A stretch of DNA of 64,000 nucleotides from Candidatus Bathyarchaeota archaeon (GCA_963845275.1 CAWJRR010000012.1:48845-112844), one strand, 5' to 3'. Positions 36,541 to 45,044 are shown, numbered from the stretch's first letter. A program made the numbers and translations. Notes: generated by a model from the letters alone, not told the origin.

Positions 36541-38103
36541 TCAGAACTTCGTTCCACATTTACTGCAGAACTTGCTGGAACGTGGAATCTTGGCTCCACA
36601 TTCTCGGCAAAACATGGTCAAAACAGCAGCATTGACGGCCTCGGTGGGTGCTGATGGCCCATGTCTGAGTCTCGAAATGGAATTGCTTCCTCTATGCTTG
36701 GATTTTCTAACCAAATATCCAATTACTGCTATGACAAGAACACCCAGCGAGATTGCTATCGCTAGAGACGTGTAAGAGAGAGGAGTCGATGTCGTAGGAG
36801 TCACGGTACTTACGGTTAACGGAGTTGAAGTCGTCGTATTCGTGGGTGTAGAAGGTGAAACCTGTCCCGAAAGCGCTACTACTAAATTAACATCTGAGCT
36901 TAGGTATAGAAAGCCATTAGAAACAACCGGAGAAGAGAGAGCACAACAGTCGGTAGAGACTGGTCCGCTCCAAATGGAGGCTCCGTTAGTTGCATTCAAT
37001 GCATACAACTTGAGGCCGTCTGAGCTTACATACAATATGTCGCCTGAAACAGTCGGAGGATACGACTTGATGCTGATACTGGAGCCTACATTGAACTTCC
37101 AAACTATTGCTCCACTACTGGCATCTAATGCGTTTACGTTAGCGTCGTCCGAATAGATATACACCAAGCCACCAGAAATAGCAGGGGGAGAAAACTCCGC
37201 GTTATCTTCGATTCTTGAGACGAAGTGGCTCCACATGACTGCCCCCGTCGTAGCGTTCAACGCGTACACATCACCATCGCCTCCCCCGATGAATACTACT
37301 CCGTCAGAAACGGCAGGACCAGAAATGGTAATGCCCCATCTAACATACATTGGCTCTGACGGGCAGGTGAACGTCCAAACTTGCGCTCCACTGGTAGCAT
37401 TCAGTGCAACCAACCTGGCTCCACTTATGCAACCGACTGGTCCAGTTATGCAACCGACGTCCACGTACACCAGGCCGCCTGATACCGCAGGAGGAGAAGG
37501 AGCAAAAGAAATGGGGTAAGTCCATTTAACCGCTCCCGTGACTGTGTCCAACACGTATAGGTGGTTGTCATCAGAGCCAATATAGACGGTGTTCCCGGAA
37601 ATGACGGGGGAAGACTCTACCTGGGCCCGTGTTAGGTAGCTCCATTTCACCGCCCCACTGAGCGCATCAAACGCGTACACATTCCCGTTCAAAGAGCCTA
37701 CATAGACTAGTCCTCCAGCAACAGCGGGAGCAGAATTGAGAAAGCCTCTTTCACTCCATTGGGCATTCCACGGTGTTGTGTATTTCCACTTGAGTTCTCC
37801 AGTGGAGGCGTCCAATGCGTACATGTTACCGTTCTCTGAGCCAAAATACACAACCCCGCCTGCAACCGAGGGAGGAGAGTAGACACTAGCAGCGGCATTA
37901 GGGCGTGCGTCAGTGGTGAAATTCCATTTCGAGGTCAAAGGTGGATAGACCGCTTCGGGTGTTGCACCATCATGCGCTGCGTCAAACCTATACATCGGCC
38001 AGTCTTCTGAGATGTGCGAAGCCGAAACCGATTGTCCGAAATTGAAAGTTGATACAAACAGAATTGAAACGACGAGCGACGACAGAACGAGATTTCTATT
38101 CAA
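36541..38103 (-). CDS. PQQ-like (BamB/YVTN-type) beta-propeller surface protein with Thr-rich stalk, TM helix and cytoplasmic zinc ribbon
   Basis: Signal peptide, then eight or more repeats of the type G.VY.GS.DG.LYALDA.TG...W. Stalk is TPTNTTTSTPLTVSTVTPTTSTP; TM is LAIAISLGVLVIAVIGYLV; tail is CRECGAKIPRSSKFCSKCG. Confidence 0.7.
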   Translation of the reverse strand: MNRNLVLSSLVVSILFVSTFNFGQSVSASHISEDWPMYRFDAAHDGATPEAVYPPLTSKWNFTTDARPNAAASVYSPPSVAGGVVYFGSENGNMYALDASTGELKWKYTTPWNAQWSERGFLNSAPAVAGGLVYVGSLNGNVYAFDALSGAVKWSYLTRAQVESSPVISGNTVYIGSDDNHLYVLDTVTGAVKWTYPISFAPSPPAVSGGLVYVDVGCITGPVGCISGARLVALNATSGAQVWTFTCPSEPMYVRWGITISGPAVSDGVVFIGGGDGDVYALNATTGAVMWSHFVSRIEDNAEFSPPAISGGLVYIYSDDANVNALDASSGAIVWKFNVGSSISIKSYPPTVSGDILYVSSDGLKLYALNATNGASIWSGPVSTDCCALSSPVVSNGFLYLSSDVNLVVALSGQVSPSTPTNTTTSTPLTVSTVTPTTSTPLSYTSLAIAISLGVLVIAVIGYLVRKSKHRGSNSISRLRHGPSAPTEAVNAAVLTMFCRECGAKIPRSSKFCSKCGTKF

Positions 38104-38464
38104 ATCCTCTAATGCCTCGATATTTCAATTCGGAATAACGTCTTCATCGTCCAACCCCACATTCCTCTCTACGCCTAACACAGAGTTGATGTAACTGTGT
38201 GATGCTCCCTTCGCTTCCATTTCGACTCGTTGAAGGCTGAGGGGATTATCCACTCAAACCCAACAAGGGCCACAGAACTCCACCTACCCCAATCCGTGTA
38301 AATACTTGGCTGATGCTTTGCATAAGCCTAATGTTACCAAAGTTCCCAAAGCGAAGTAACCGGTAGCTTCTCTTTCAAACCTGCAACAGAGGGAAAACTA
38401 ACTATTCGCTCGTTGTTTTGTTTGTGAGAATAAGACGGGTCATTGGGTCACCTTTGCGGGCAGA

Positions 38465-38917
38465 TCAGGGCGGAACCATCCATGATTGTTGCGGATTCGC
38501 AAAGTCGATGAATTCTAAACCCCTAACGCTCAACAGGTCAACGGATGCTCCGCCATTCACAGGTTGGTAAAAGGATACACATACTTTTCGACCTTGCCCC
38601 ACATAATCGACTAGCATCTGCTCATAGTCCTTATCACCGCAAACAAGAACCAAATGCGAAGGCGCCTTCTTCTCAACGAGTAATAGCCTGTAAGCGTCCG
38701 AAATCAATCGAGGATCAATATTGCCTGACTTATCATTCCTCTTCTCCACAATCACGATCTCAATTCCCAACTCCCTTAACTGTTCCTTGAATCCCCAAAG
38801 CATTTTCCGGCTTCGTAATGCGTCTACGGCGACGCTGGTCATGTAGTAATATCCTACTTCGATTCTCAGACCATCCCGATCCTCGATAGAGTCAACAAGT
38901 TCGCCTAACTTGCGCAA
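38465..38917 (-). CDS. NYN-domain (LabA/DUF88-like, PIN-related) putative RNase
   Basis: 150 aa. Contains ..LVLVCGDKDYEQMLVDYV..GRKVCVSF.., the typical NYN GDxD segment. Confidence 0.55.
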   Translation of the reverse strand: MRKLGELVDSIEDRDGLRIEVGYYYMTSVAVDALRSRKMLWGFKEQLRELGIEIVIVEKRNDKSGNIDPRLISDAYRLLLVEKKAPSHLVLVCGDKDYEQMLVDYVGQGRKVCVSFYQPVNGGASVDLLSVRGLEFIDFANPQQSWMVPP

Positions 38918-39070
38918 GAATGAATTCGGTTGCCGCTGCTGTATCCGATAGCATGTTCTTTGCTTTCAGGTAACTCAACGGTTTTCATATACAGATTTTC
39001 TCCATCGACACGCAACTGGACACCCATCCTCACTTCGCTCGTTCTCAGCGCTCACGGATTCCTTGAGCCA

Positions 39071-39137
39071 TATTCCGTCACACGGAATATTCCTATACAC
39101 GGAATAAAGATATAAATATTCCGTTACAAGGAATATT
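39071..39137. promoter_or_regulatory. operator-like cluster of TATTCCGT/ACGGAATA sites around a TATA-like box
   Basis: Palindrome TATTCCGTcacACGGAATA (39071-39089). Second palindrome ACGGAATAaagatataaaTATTCCGT (39099-39124), which encloses a TATA-like sequence. Extra half-site GGAATATT (39130-39137). All lie 16-80 nt upstream of the ATG at 39153. Confidence 0.6.
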
Positions 39138-39152
39138 ACAAGGGAGTACCCA

Positions 39153-39368
39153 ATGAACAGCTCAATCTTCAGCGAGAACGAACGCAAGAAATTGGACGTA
39201 TTCCTCCGCACAGGCACCAGAATGAGAAGCATACACCAACTCTTCTGGAGGATAGAGAGAAACCGCTCAACCATTCAACACGACATGGAACTTCTCGACA
39301 GAGCCATCGAAAAGTACCGATCAGAAAAACGCCCCACCGGGCCTCGCCCAGCGAAACGCCGAGAATAA
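39153..39368 (+). CDS. hypothetical small basic protein, candidate DNA-binding regulator of the element
   Basis: 71 aa, helical, Arg/Lys-rich C-terminus. Preceded by the palindromic operator cluster. Confidence 0.4.
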   Translation: MNSSIFSENERKKLDVFLRTGTRMRSIHQLFWRIERNRSTIQHDMELLDRAIEKYRSEKRPTGPRPAKRRE

Positions 39369-40160
39369 CCTCGCCGCCTCTTTCTCTTTGTCCCGCTCTC
39401 TCGTTTTCCCTCTCATGTAGGTAAATAGGAAAGTCCCCCTCTTTCTCGTCCGACACTGCCCCCTCTTTTCGCCCAGTAAATTGTTGGTAGCTGTCGGCGT
39501 GTGAGACCGAGATCAAACAGGGGATTGCATTAGTCGAATTAGCTAATACGAGTAATATGATCGGGGAGAGATCGCAGAGTGCAGAGGTCGAGATCAAACA
39601 AGGGAAGGGAAGCGAGAGAACAGCGAAGGAGAAAGAGATCAAAGTCCAGAGCTCTCGGCGGGGAGAGATAGAAGCAACGCAGCGCAGCAGAGCAGCTGGG
39701 GGGCTGGGAGCACTCCAAAGTAGAAAGAGAGAAAGCGACCAAGCTGAGCAGGCAAAGAGAAGAAAGGGGAGAAAAGAGAATTCGAAAGCGAAGTCAAAGG
39801 GCGGAAAGAGAACTACAGCATCTCAACCGAGCACGAACGAAAGAAGTCGAGGCAAACAAAGGGCAAAAAGAGTAGGAGCTGGGGGCGTGAGCAAAGAGAA
39901 ACCGTAAACATGCTCAGGAATTGAAGGACGCAACAGTTCAGACAAATTAAATGGCAAAGCGAAGACTTAGGTAGAGAGCAAAAGAGAAAATCGAAAGAGG
40001 GGGGTTGAAAGGGACTGCAAAGAGGGCGTGGTGGATAAGATAGGTAAAGTGTAGAAAAGGGGACAAAGTGTCGTGGAGCCAAAACATCCGTCTCGCCCAA
40101 ATTGGCGTTGGCTGGATTGCGACTAACGAAGGAAAAAGGAGATAAAAGAAAAACAAAAGA
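39369..40160. other. compositionally extreme, probably non-coding region: pyrimidine tract then ~600 nt purine-rich tract
   Basis: 39369-39478 is C/T-rich on the + strand. From about 39560 to 40160 the + strand is roughly three-quarters or more A/G; I counted 46 purines in 39601-39660. GAGATCAAA occurs at 39509, 39590 and 39635. Overlapping ORFs occur in many frames, as expected when one strand cannot form stop codons. Confidence 0.6.
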
Positions 40161-40259
40161 AGTTACTGCGTCTGCACGTCTAGTTGGGCTTGTGCCCGCT
40201 TTTTTTCTCTCGCATCAATTCGCAGCCGTCTAGTTCACTCAGGAGCTTACGGGAATTCT

Positions 40260-40619
40260 GTTGTCACTATAGGGTCGGGACTGCGTCACCGATTGTGACA
40301 ACGCTTCGAGAAATTAATAGCAAGAAAACTAACGAACGAAAGAGCCCATTTTAGGCTCCGAACGTATGTTCCTTTCTGTGAGACCTCGAAGAGGTTACTT
40401 ACTTGGACGCTTAGTAGTACGTCATCTTTGCATATTAAACCCTCGGTGTCTCTTGGAGACAACTTGACGGATTTTTCGTGACAACTCATAAAATTCTTGT
40501 GACAACTTGCTCAACAGCGACAGCGAGGCGGCCGCGGCGGAAGCCGCTGAAGAGACAACGCTATTGTCTAGCTCCTTCTTTTGCGCCTGAAAGTGACATC
40601 TCGTAGCCAGAGTTGTCAC
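40260..40619. repeat. iteron-like cluster of the 8-mer GTGACAAC / GTTGTCAC
   Basis: Exact copies at 40260-40267 (-), 40295-40302 (+), 40478-40485 (+), 40499-40506 (+), 40612-40619 (-). One-mismatch copies at 40456-40463, 40552-40559 and 40593-40600. Confidence 0.7.
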
Positions 40620-40660
40620 CGAGGAATCTATGCCGCTCGTATGTTTATGAGAACCGGGCT

Positions 40661-40900
40661 TCACTCTTTTCTCTCATTGAGCAGTCTAGTTCGAACATTC
40701 TCCCTGTTGAAATATCTTCCAAGTGCTTCTAGCGTCTTGTGATGGAGTAGATCACTCATTTTGTCTGAAGGCAGTTCCCCGAGGTCTCCGAATCCAAGAA
40801 TTTCATGCTCATTGTATCCTACTGACTGCAAGAAGACATGCCTGCCAGATCGCAGAAGCTCCTTTGCTTTTTCAGCGCCGCTTACATTCTCCTCGGACAT
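40661..40900 (-). CDS. hypothetical small protein
   Basis: 79-aa ORF with an ATG start. It conflicts with ORF 40761-41159 on the opposite strand, which has no good start outside the overlap. Confidence 0.35.
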   Translation of the reverse strand: MSEENVSGAEKAKELLRSGRHVFLQSVGYNEHEILGFGDLGELPSDKMSDLLHHKTLEALGRYFNRENVRTRLLNERKE

Positions 40901-41133
40901 ACGGACACACGTTGAGATAGCTTATCAGGCTGGCTTGTATAACTCTGTTTCTAGGCGCTTGTCGTTGAGTGAGGAGATCGTAAGCCTCGCAGGTGTCAAG
41001 ATCTGGGTTAGAACCGACAAATATCTAGCAGATAACGAGCTTCGTGACGCCATTCTTTCCGAACCGGACACCCTTCCCGAGATAGAGTTTGACATCAAGT
41101 TGGACGCCTACAGCAAAGTGCTCGACGCCAAAG

Positions 41134-41364
41134 CTAAGCGGTTAGCGGAAACCGGATGACCACCTGACTCTCCGAGAGTCGGTGCACGAACACCCATCCC
41201 TCATCCAGCCACTTCGCCACTTCCTCGACCGAAACAACCTTATGCCTACCAGCCTTCTCGTCCGGTTGACCACCGTTAAGCGCCGTGGATTTACGTTTCC
41301 CAAGTCTTCTCTTCGTTACCATTTCTCGAACCTCCTCAGTCGTAAACCGTGAAAGGTCGCCCAT
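41134..41364 (-). CDS. hypothetical small protein downstream of the integrase gene (function unknown)
   Basis: 76 aa. Its start codon lies 6 nt below the integrase stop, same strand. No motif recognised. Confidence 0.4.
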   Translation of the reverse strand: MGDLSRFTTEEVREMVTKRRLGKRKSTALNGGQPDEKAGRHKVVSVEEVAKWLDEGWVFVHRLSESQVVIRFPLTA

Positions 41365-41369
41365 CTTCT

Positions 41370-42566
41370 CTAACTCTTTCTCGAGTAGTGGGCACCGAGA
41401 AGACGTTGACGATTCAATTCGGCTCTCGCCTCACGTCTAGCTTCGTCCGCCACTGAACCGCCAACCGGGTTCGATATTACGTTCAGAGAGGGCTCAACCT
41501 TCTTGTATTCGTCACGGAAGAATTTCTCATCTAGGTCGGGGCTTTCGTCGTAGCCGAGCCGGTCAATGTCGTGACCCATACACCACTCGGACACAACTTC
41601 GTCAACTCCATGCGTTGAGCAGAGGCTCTTGAACAGCTTCCGAAGCCTATGTGGGTGAATACGGTATCGGTTCACATCAGTCTTGTCGGGAATTAATCCA
41701 ATTCTCTTCGCATGGTCAGTCACGTTCTTTTCCACGAGCCAAGGAGTTACAGGAACAAACGTACCCTTACCCCTCGGGCCTTTGCTCCTCACAACGAAGA
41801 GATGGGGCAGGTCTGTTTTCATTCGCTGCCTCATGCTCAGCCATTCTTTCAACATCATCTTAGCATCGTGACCAAGAAAGGTATAGTACAGGGGCACTTC
41901 GCCGGTCATTGCGGTCTTCTGCGCCTCCGTCTTCACCCGAATCAACCCATCAATCTTAATGACACCCGGCTTGTCGAGATCGTTCACAGTGTCTCGCCAG
42001 AGTTCACGGTTAAACTGATCCCACTCAGCTAAACCCAGAGCGCCCTGAAAGAGCATGAGGACGATCGTCCTATAGGGCTGGGACATAGAGATCACCAGCC
42101 TTTGAACTTCCTCGGGTGTGAGGGGCTTCTTCATCTGTCTGGCTCTTCGTCTGTCAATCTCAGTTGCTTGGAAAATTTCCTTGGCTTCGCTCCGTGTCAA
42201 GTCGGGAAGCTTACGACGATTATCGGCGTAGAGTCGCTTTATGGAATCAAAAGTTGCTCTACGATCACGAACACCCACAAGCTCGCCCTTGTGCTGTCCG
42301 GCGAGGTATCGTTTGCCTCCCACGTACCTCTTTATCATGTCTAGGTGTTTGTGCTTGACATCTTCGTCGTTTGATTGCATGCAGAGTTTCTGGTCGTCTA
42401 GCATTTGTTGGGCTGACGGGAAGTGTTTCTGATCCTTAACCCAGCCGAGATACCCTAGAACGCCATGCAGAGTGGTCTTGTCGCCGTCCTTCAGCGTGTC
42501 AGCCCAGACCCTAACGCATGGCTCCGTAATCTTCTCCTTGAGCTTGACAAGACCCTTGTAAGGCAA
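41370..42566 (-). CDS. int: tyrosine recombinase / phage-type integrase
   Basis: 398 aa. C-terminal catalytic region has ..R.. , HPHRLRK (H-x-x-R), and CMGH.....LGY (GH...Y nucleophile). Lies 62 nt from the tRNA 3' end. Confidence 0.8.
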   Translation of the reverse strand: MPYKGLVKLKEKITEPCVRVWADTLKDGDKTTLHGVLGYLGWVKDQKHFPSAQQMLDDQKLCMQSNDEDVKHKHLDMIKRYVGGKRYLAGQHKGELVGVRDRRATFDSIKRLYADNRRKLPDLTRSEAKEIFQATEIDRRRARQMKKPLTPEEVQRLVISMSQPYRTIVLMLFQGALGLAEWDQFNRELWRDTVNDLDKPGVIKIDGLIRVKTEAQKTAMTGEVPLYYTFLGHDAKMMLKEWLSMRQRMKTDLPHLFVVRSKGPRGKGTFVPVTPWLVEKNVTDHAKRIGLIPDKTDVNRYRIHPHRLRKLFKSLCSTHGVDEVVSEWCMGHDIDRLGYDESPDLDEKFFRDEYKKVEPSLNVISNPVGGSVADEARREARAELNRQRLLGAHYSRKS

Positions 42567-42627
42567 CTGGAAACCTGCGATACAGGATATGGCCGAGCCG
42601 GTTTAAAATCATTCTGAACCCACAAAG

Positions 42628-42811
42628 TGGTGGGGCCGGTGGGATTTGAACCCACGACCTCTGGCCTCAGGACCGGTTGGTCGTTGAGGTCACCAGCGCC
42701 CCAGGTTCACCGCACGCTTCTTTCGCGCTCTGGTATCCTGTTGGCGGAAATCGTGTTCCCGGACCAAGTTGTCCAAAGATTACCAATTAACCTCTTCTAG
42801 ACGACGGCCCC
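42628..42811 (-). tRNA. tRNA gene with about 108 nt of intervening sequence (multiple/non-canonical introns likely); anticodon not resolved; CCA encoded
   Basis: The 5' GGGGCCG pairs perfectly with the 3' CGGCCCC, followed by A-CCA. The T arm is canonical (GTGGG-TTCAAAT-CCCAC). D-stem candidates are GTCT/GGAC. The distance between the acceptor halves is 184 nt. Confidence 0.6.
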
Positions 42812-42861
42812 AACCACTCGCAGAGACGGGGACGCAGTGATAATAATCTTTCATTGCAGTC

Positions 42862-43641
42862 TCAATCTAAGCTGAGAGTTTCGATTATACTCTGGAAGGA
42901 TTCGACGGACCCGTCCTGTTTGTACTCCGTCAACATCTTTAGTACAGCTCTCCTACTCCTGTACAATCTTGCTTCTAGCTTGCTGGCAAACTGTCCGAAG
43001 AGGAAGTATTGAATGAGTGAGGTAACGTTGGCGACTCGTCGGCTTGTGCTAGCGCTCTCGAAATCCACTATGCACCCTTTGCCGTTAGCGTTCACTAGAA
43101 CGTTTCGAGGAGCATGGCTTAGTTCCCCATGATCCAAACCGATCACGTCTAGCTTGAAGCAGTCTTGTAATAACCCGCGCAGCAGCAGCCTAACCTGCGA
43201 TCGACTATTCTTCTGTTCAACCCATCTGAATAATGGTAGGCCGTTGATTAACTCCATTAGTAGGAAGTTCCGAGTTACGGTGATGAGTCGTGGTCCAACG
43301 TCCACGCTATTGGCTAATCTGAGTAATCTTCCCTCCTCGTAGAATGAGGGTCGGTCGGCGTCCATGCGCCTTATCTTCAACGCGACTGGAATCTTGTCGA
43401 GGGTCGCCTGGACCACAAGGCCTACAGTTCCCTTCCCCAAGACGGGTATCCCATCCACTAGCGTGGAACCTGCGAAGCGTAGCTTGGTTACTCCTATGCT
43501 GGATAGTTCTTGAACCCTCGAATGCGCCTCGTCTTCCGCTTCCTTCAGCGGGTACGTTATGAAACGCGAGTACTTCGTGCCCAAGAGAGCGGCAGTCTGC
43601 AGCTCTTGTGGTTTAAGCATACCAGACTGGCCTTCCGTCAA
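42862..43641 (-). CDS. atypical (RIO-like/COG2112-type) serine/threonine protein kinase
   Basis: Gly-rich loop LGKGTVGLV, VALK lysine, catalytic loop DHGELSHAPRNVLV, metal-binding DFESA. Overlaps the 3' end of cca by 29 nt. Confidence 0.6.
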   Translation of the reverse strand: MTEGQSGMLKPQELQTAALLGTKYSRFITYPLKEAEDEAHSRVQELSSIGVTKLRFAGSTLVDGIPVLGKGTVGLVVQATLDKIPVALKIRRMDADRPSFYEEGRLLRLANSVDVGPRLITVTRNFLLMELINGLPLFRWVEQKNSRSQVRLLLRGLLQDCFKLDVIGLDHGELSHAPRNVLVNANGKGCIVDFESASTSRRVANVTSLIQYFLFGQFASKLEARLYRSRRAVLKMLTEYKQDGSVESFQSIIETLSLD

Positions 43642-45022
43642 GGAAGTGCCTCATGAATCTTGAGAACCCTTGGTTCGCGCCGAGTATGGGGGTGATGGTT
43701 TTCGCGTTAAGCACTCGGGCACTCCTTCGGTTGAATAGCGAGGCTACTCCGATCTTTGACCCATGCTTCAAAGCAGTCTTGAGTAGCAGTTCAGCGTTCG
43801 TGTACTCTCTGCTCTTTTGGACGACCCAGCGTTGGTTCTCGATCCAGGGTCCCGCAACTGTCCTCGAGCTACGGGTATGTTTCGCGATGAATGAAGCGCT
43901 CTCGCTAGTTCTGTTGACTGGGGGTCCGAGATGTTTCTTGGAGCTCGGAATCTGGATTGATTCAAGCTCGAACAGGATCACGTTCATGTTCCCCTCGTTG
44001 CTCCAGGCAGCGGATTTTATGATCTCAAAGTCATTGTTCGATAAGAAGTTGACTAGCGCCCGTTGAGTTCTGAAGAGTTGACTCCAAAGAACGTCCACCA
44101 CCGCGTCGATCCTTCCGAATGAGATGCAAACAAGGCCTGATCCGCGAGTCGTCGTCAACCGTTGATATTCCCGACTCGTCAACGGTTGGATCTTGGGTTC
44201 GGTGAAGAGTCTGAGTGAGGGCTTCTGAAGGAAGTACCGTGAGGCTGCAACGAAATTCCAGAGTTGATCAGGACGCACTGCGGCGCTCAGGTTACGTCCC
44301 TTATCGACTGGGTCGATGACGATTAATGGTTCGGGGAAGATCTTTCTGACCTCTCCGCTTCGGTTCTGGTAGTATTTCTCGACGTCCAGGTACCGGTTGG
44401 GGTTCCATTCGGCGAAGTTGCTGATCACGTTCAGGAAGCCGTCGAAGCCTAGGGCCAGGGTTTCGACTAGCATTCCGCTGAAGCCTCCGGTCTTGATGTC
44501 TGCTCCGTAGGTGCCGATGTTCCGGAGGAACGCTTTCAGTAACCTAACGTCGCCTCGTCTTTCCGGGCTTAGGTGCTGGCGGATGTATTGGGTGTGGAAT
44601 GGTGTTCTGTCGGTTGCGCTCAGCCAGTTGCCTCTCTCAACCTTGTAGCAGGGCACAACGTTGACCCGGAGCTCTCCCCGCGCGTGGATGAATGCTTCAA
44701 CGTACGGGTGCTCTGCGTACCGTTCAACAATCCTGTTTCCCCTCAACGCTCGGCGGGCTATGGGTAGGCAGATCTTCGTTAGCTGCTCTTTGGTTAGTTC
44801 TGGGGAGACGAGCATGAAGACGTCGATGTCCACGTAATCCGGGATCCACGTGTCCTTCGCCACGGAACCTTCAATGCGAACCTCTGCATGGAGATTCGAC
44901 CTCTTACATTCAGCGTTGACTTTTTGTCTGATTTCCTCCGCGGCGGTTTCGATGAGTTGTCTTTCCTTCGCGGTTGGAGTTAACTTGCGTCCGGCGGTTG
45001 CGCACACGTTATCGATGTTCAA
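43613..45022 (-). CDS. cca: archaeal class-I CCA-adding enzyme (tRNA nucleotidyltransferase)
   Basis: Motifs GSVAKDTW, DIDVFM, YAEHPYV, VNVVPCY, SATDRTPFHTQY. The length (469 aa) is typical. Confidence 0.9.
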   Translation of the reverse strand: MNIDNVCATAGRKLTPTAKERQLIETAAEEIRQKVNAECKRSNLHAEVRIEGSVAKDTWIPDYVDIDVFMLVSPELTKEQLTKICLPIARRALRGNRIVERYAEHPYVEAFIHARGELRVNVVPCYKVERGNWLSATDRTPFHTQYIRQHLSPERRGDVRLLKAFLRNIGTYGADIKTGGFSGMLVETLALGFDGFLNVISNFAEWNPNRYLDVEKYYQNRSGEVRKIFPEPLIVIDPVDKGRNLSAAVRPDQLWNFVAASRYFLQKPSLRLFTEPKIQPLTSREYQRLTTTRGSGLVCISFGRIDAVVDVLWSQLFRTQRALVNFLSNNDFEIIKSAAWSNEGNMNVILFELESIQIPSSKKHLGPPVNRTSESASFIAKHTRSSRTVAGPWIENQRWVVQKSREYTNAELLLKTALKHGSKIGVASLFNRRSARVLNAKTITPILGANQGFSRFMRHFLDGRPVWYA

Positions 45023-45044
45023 GTCGGAGACACTTGCAATGAGT

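Larger units (their letters stand above)
33286..42655. mobile_element. integrated element (~9.4 kb) in the 3' end of a tRNA gene
   Basis: Bounded by a 30-nt direct repeat (29/30 identical) that is the tRNA 3' acceptor/T-arm segment. An intact tyrosine integrase lies next to the tRNA. Cargo is mostly hypothetical, and there is a large non-coding core. Confidence 0.75.

Noticed and set aside
39169-40156. Stack of overlapping minus-strand ORFs (39169-39642, 39539-39742, 39813-40100, 39947-40156) and the 116-aa plus-strand ORF 39557-39907.
   Set aside because: The minus strand here is pyrimidine-rich and cannot form stop codons, so long ORFs are expected by composition alone. The translations are low-complexity Ser/Leu/Pro/Phe strings. 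The plus-strand basic ORF is kept only as an alternative in the finding, not as a feature.
40761-41159. 132-aa plus-strand ORF in the integrated element.
   Set aside because: Its only ATG lies 140 nt inside the antisense 79-aa ORF (40661-40900). Outside the overlap only TTG codons (40959, 40965) could start it, and it also overlaps 41134-41364. It is possibly real but unsupported, so I did not list it as a feature.
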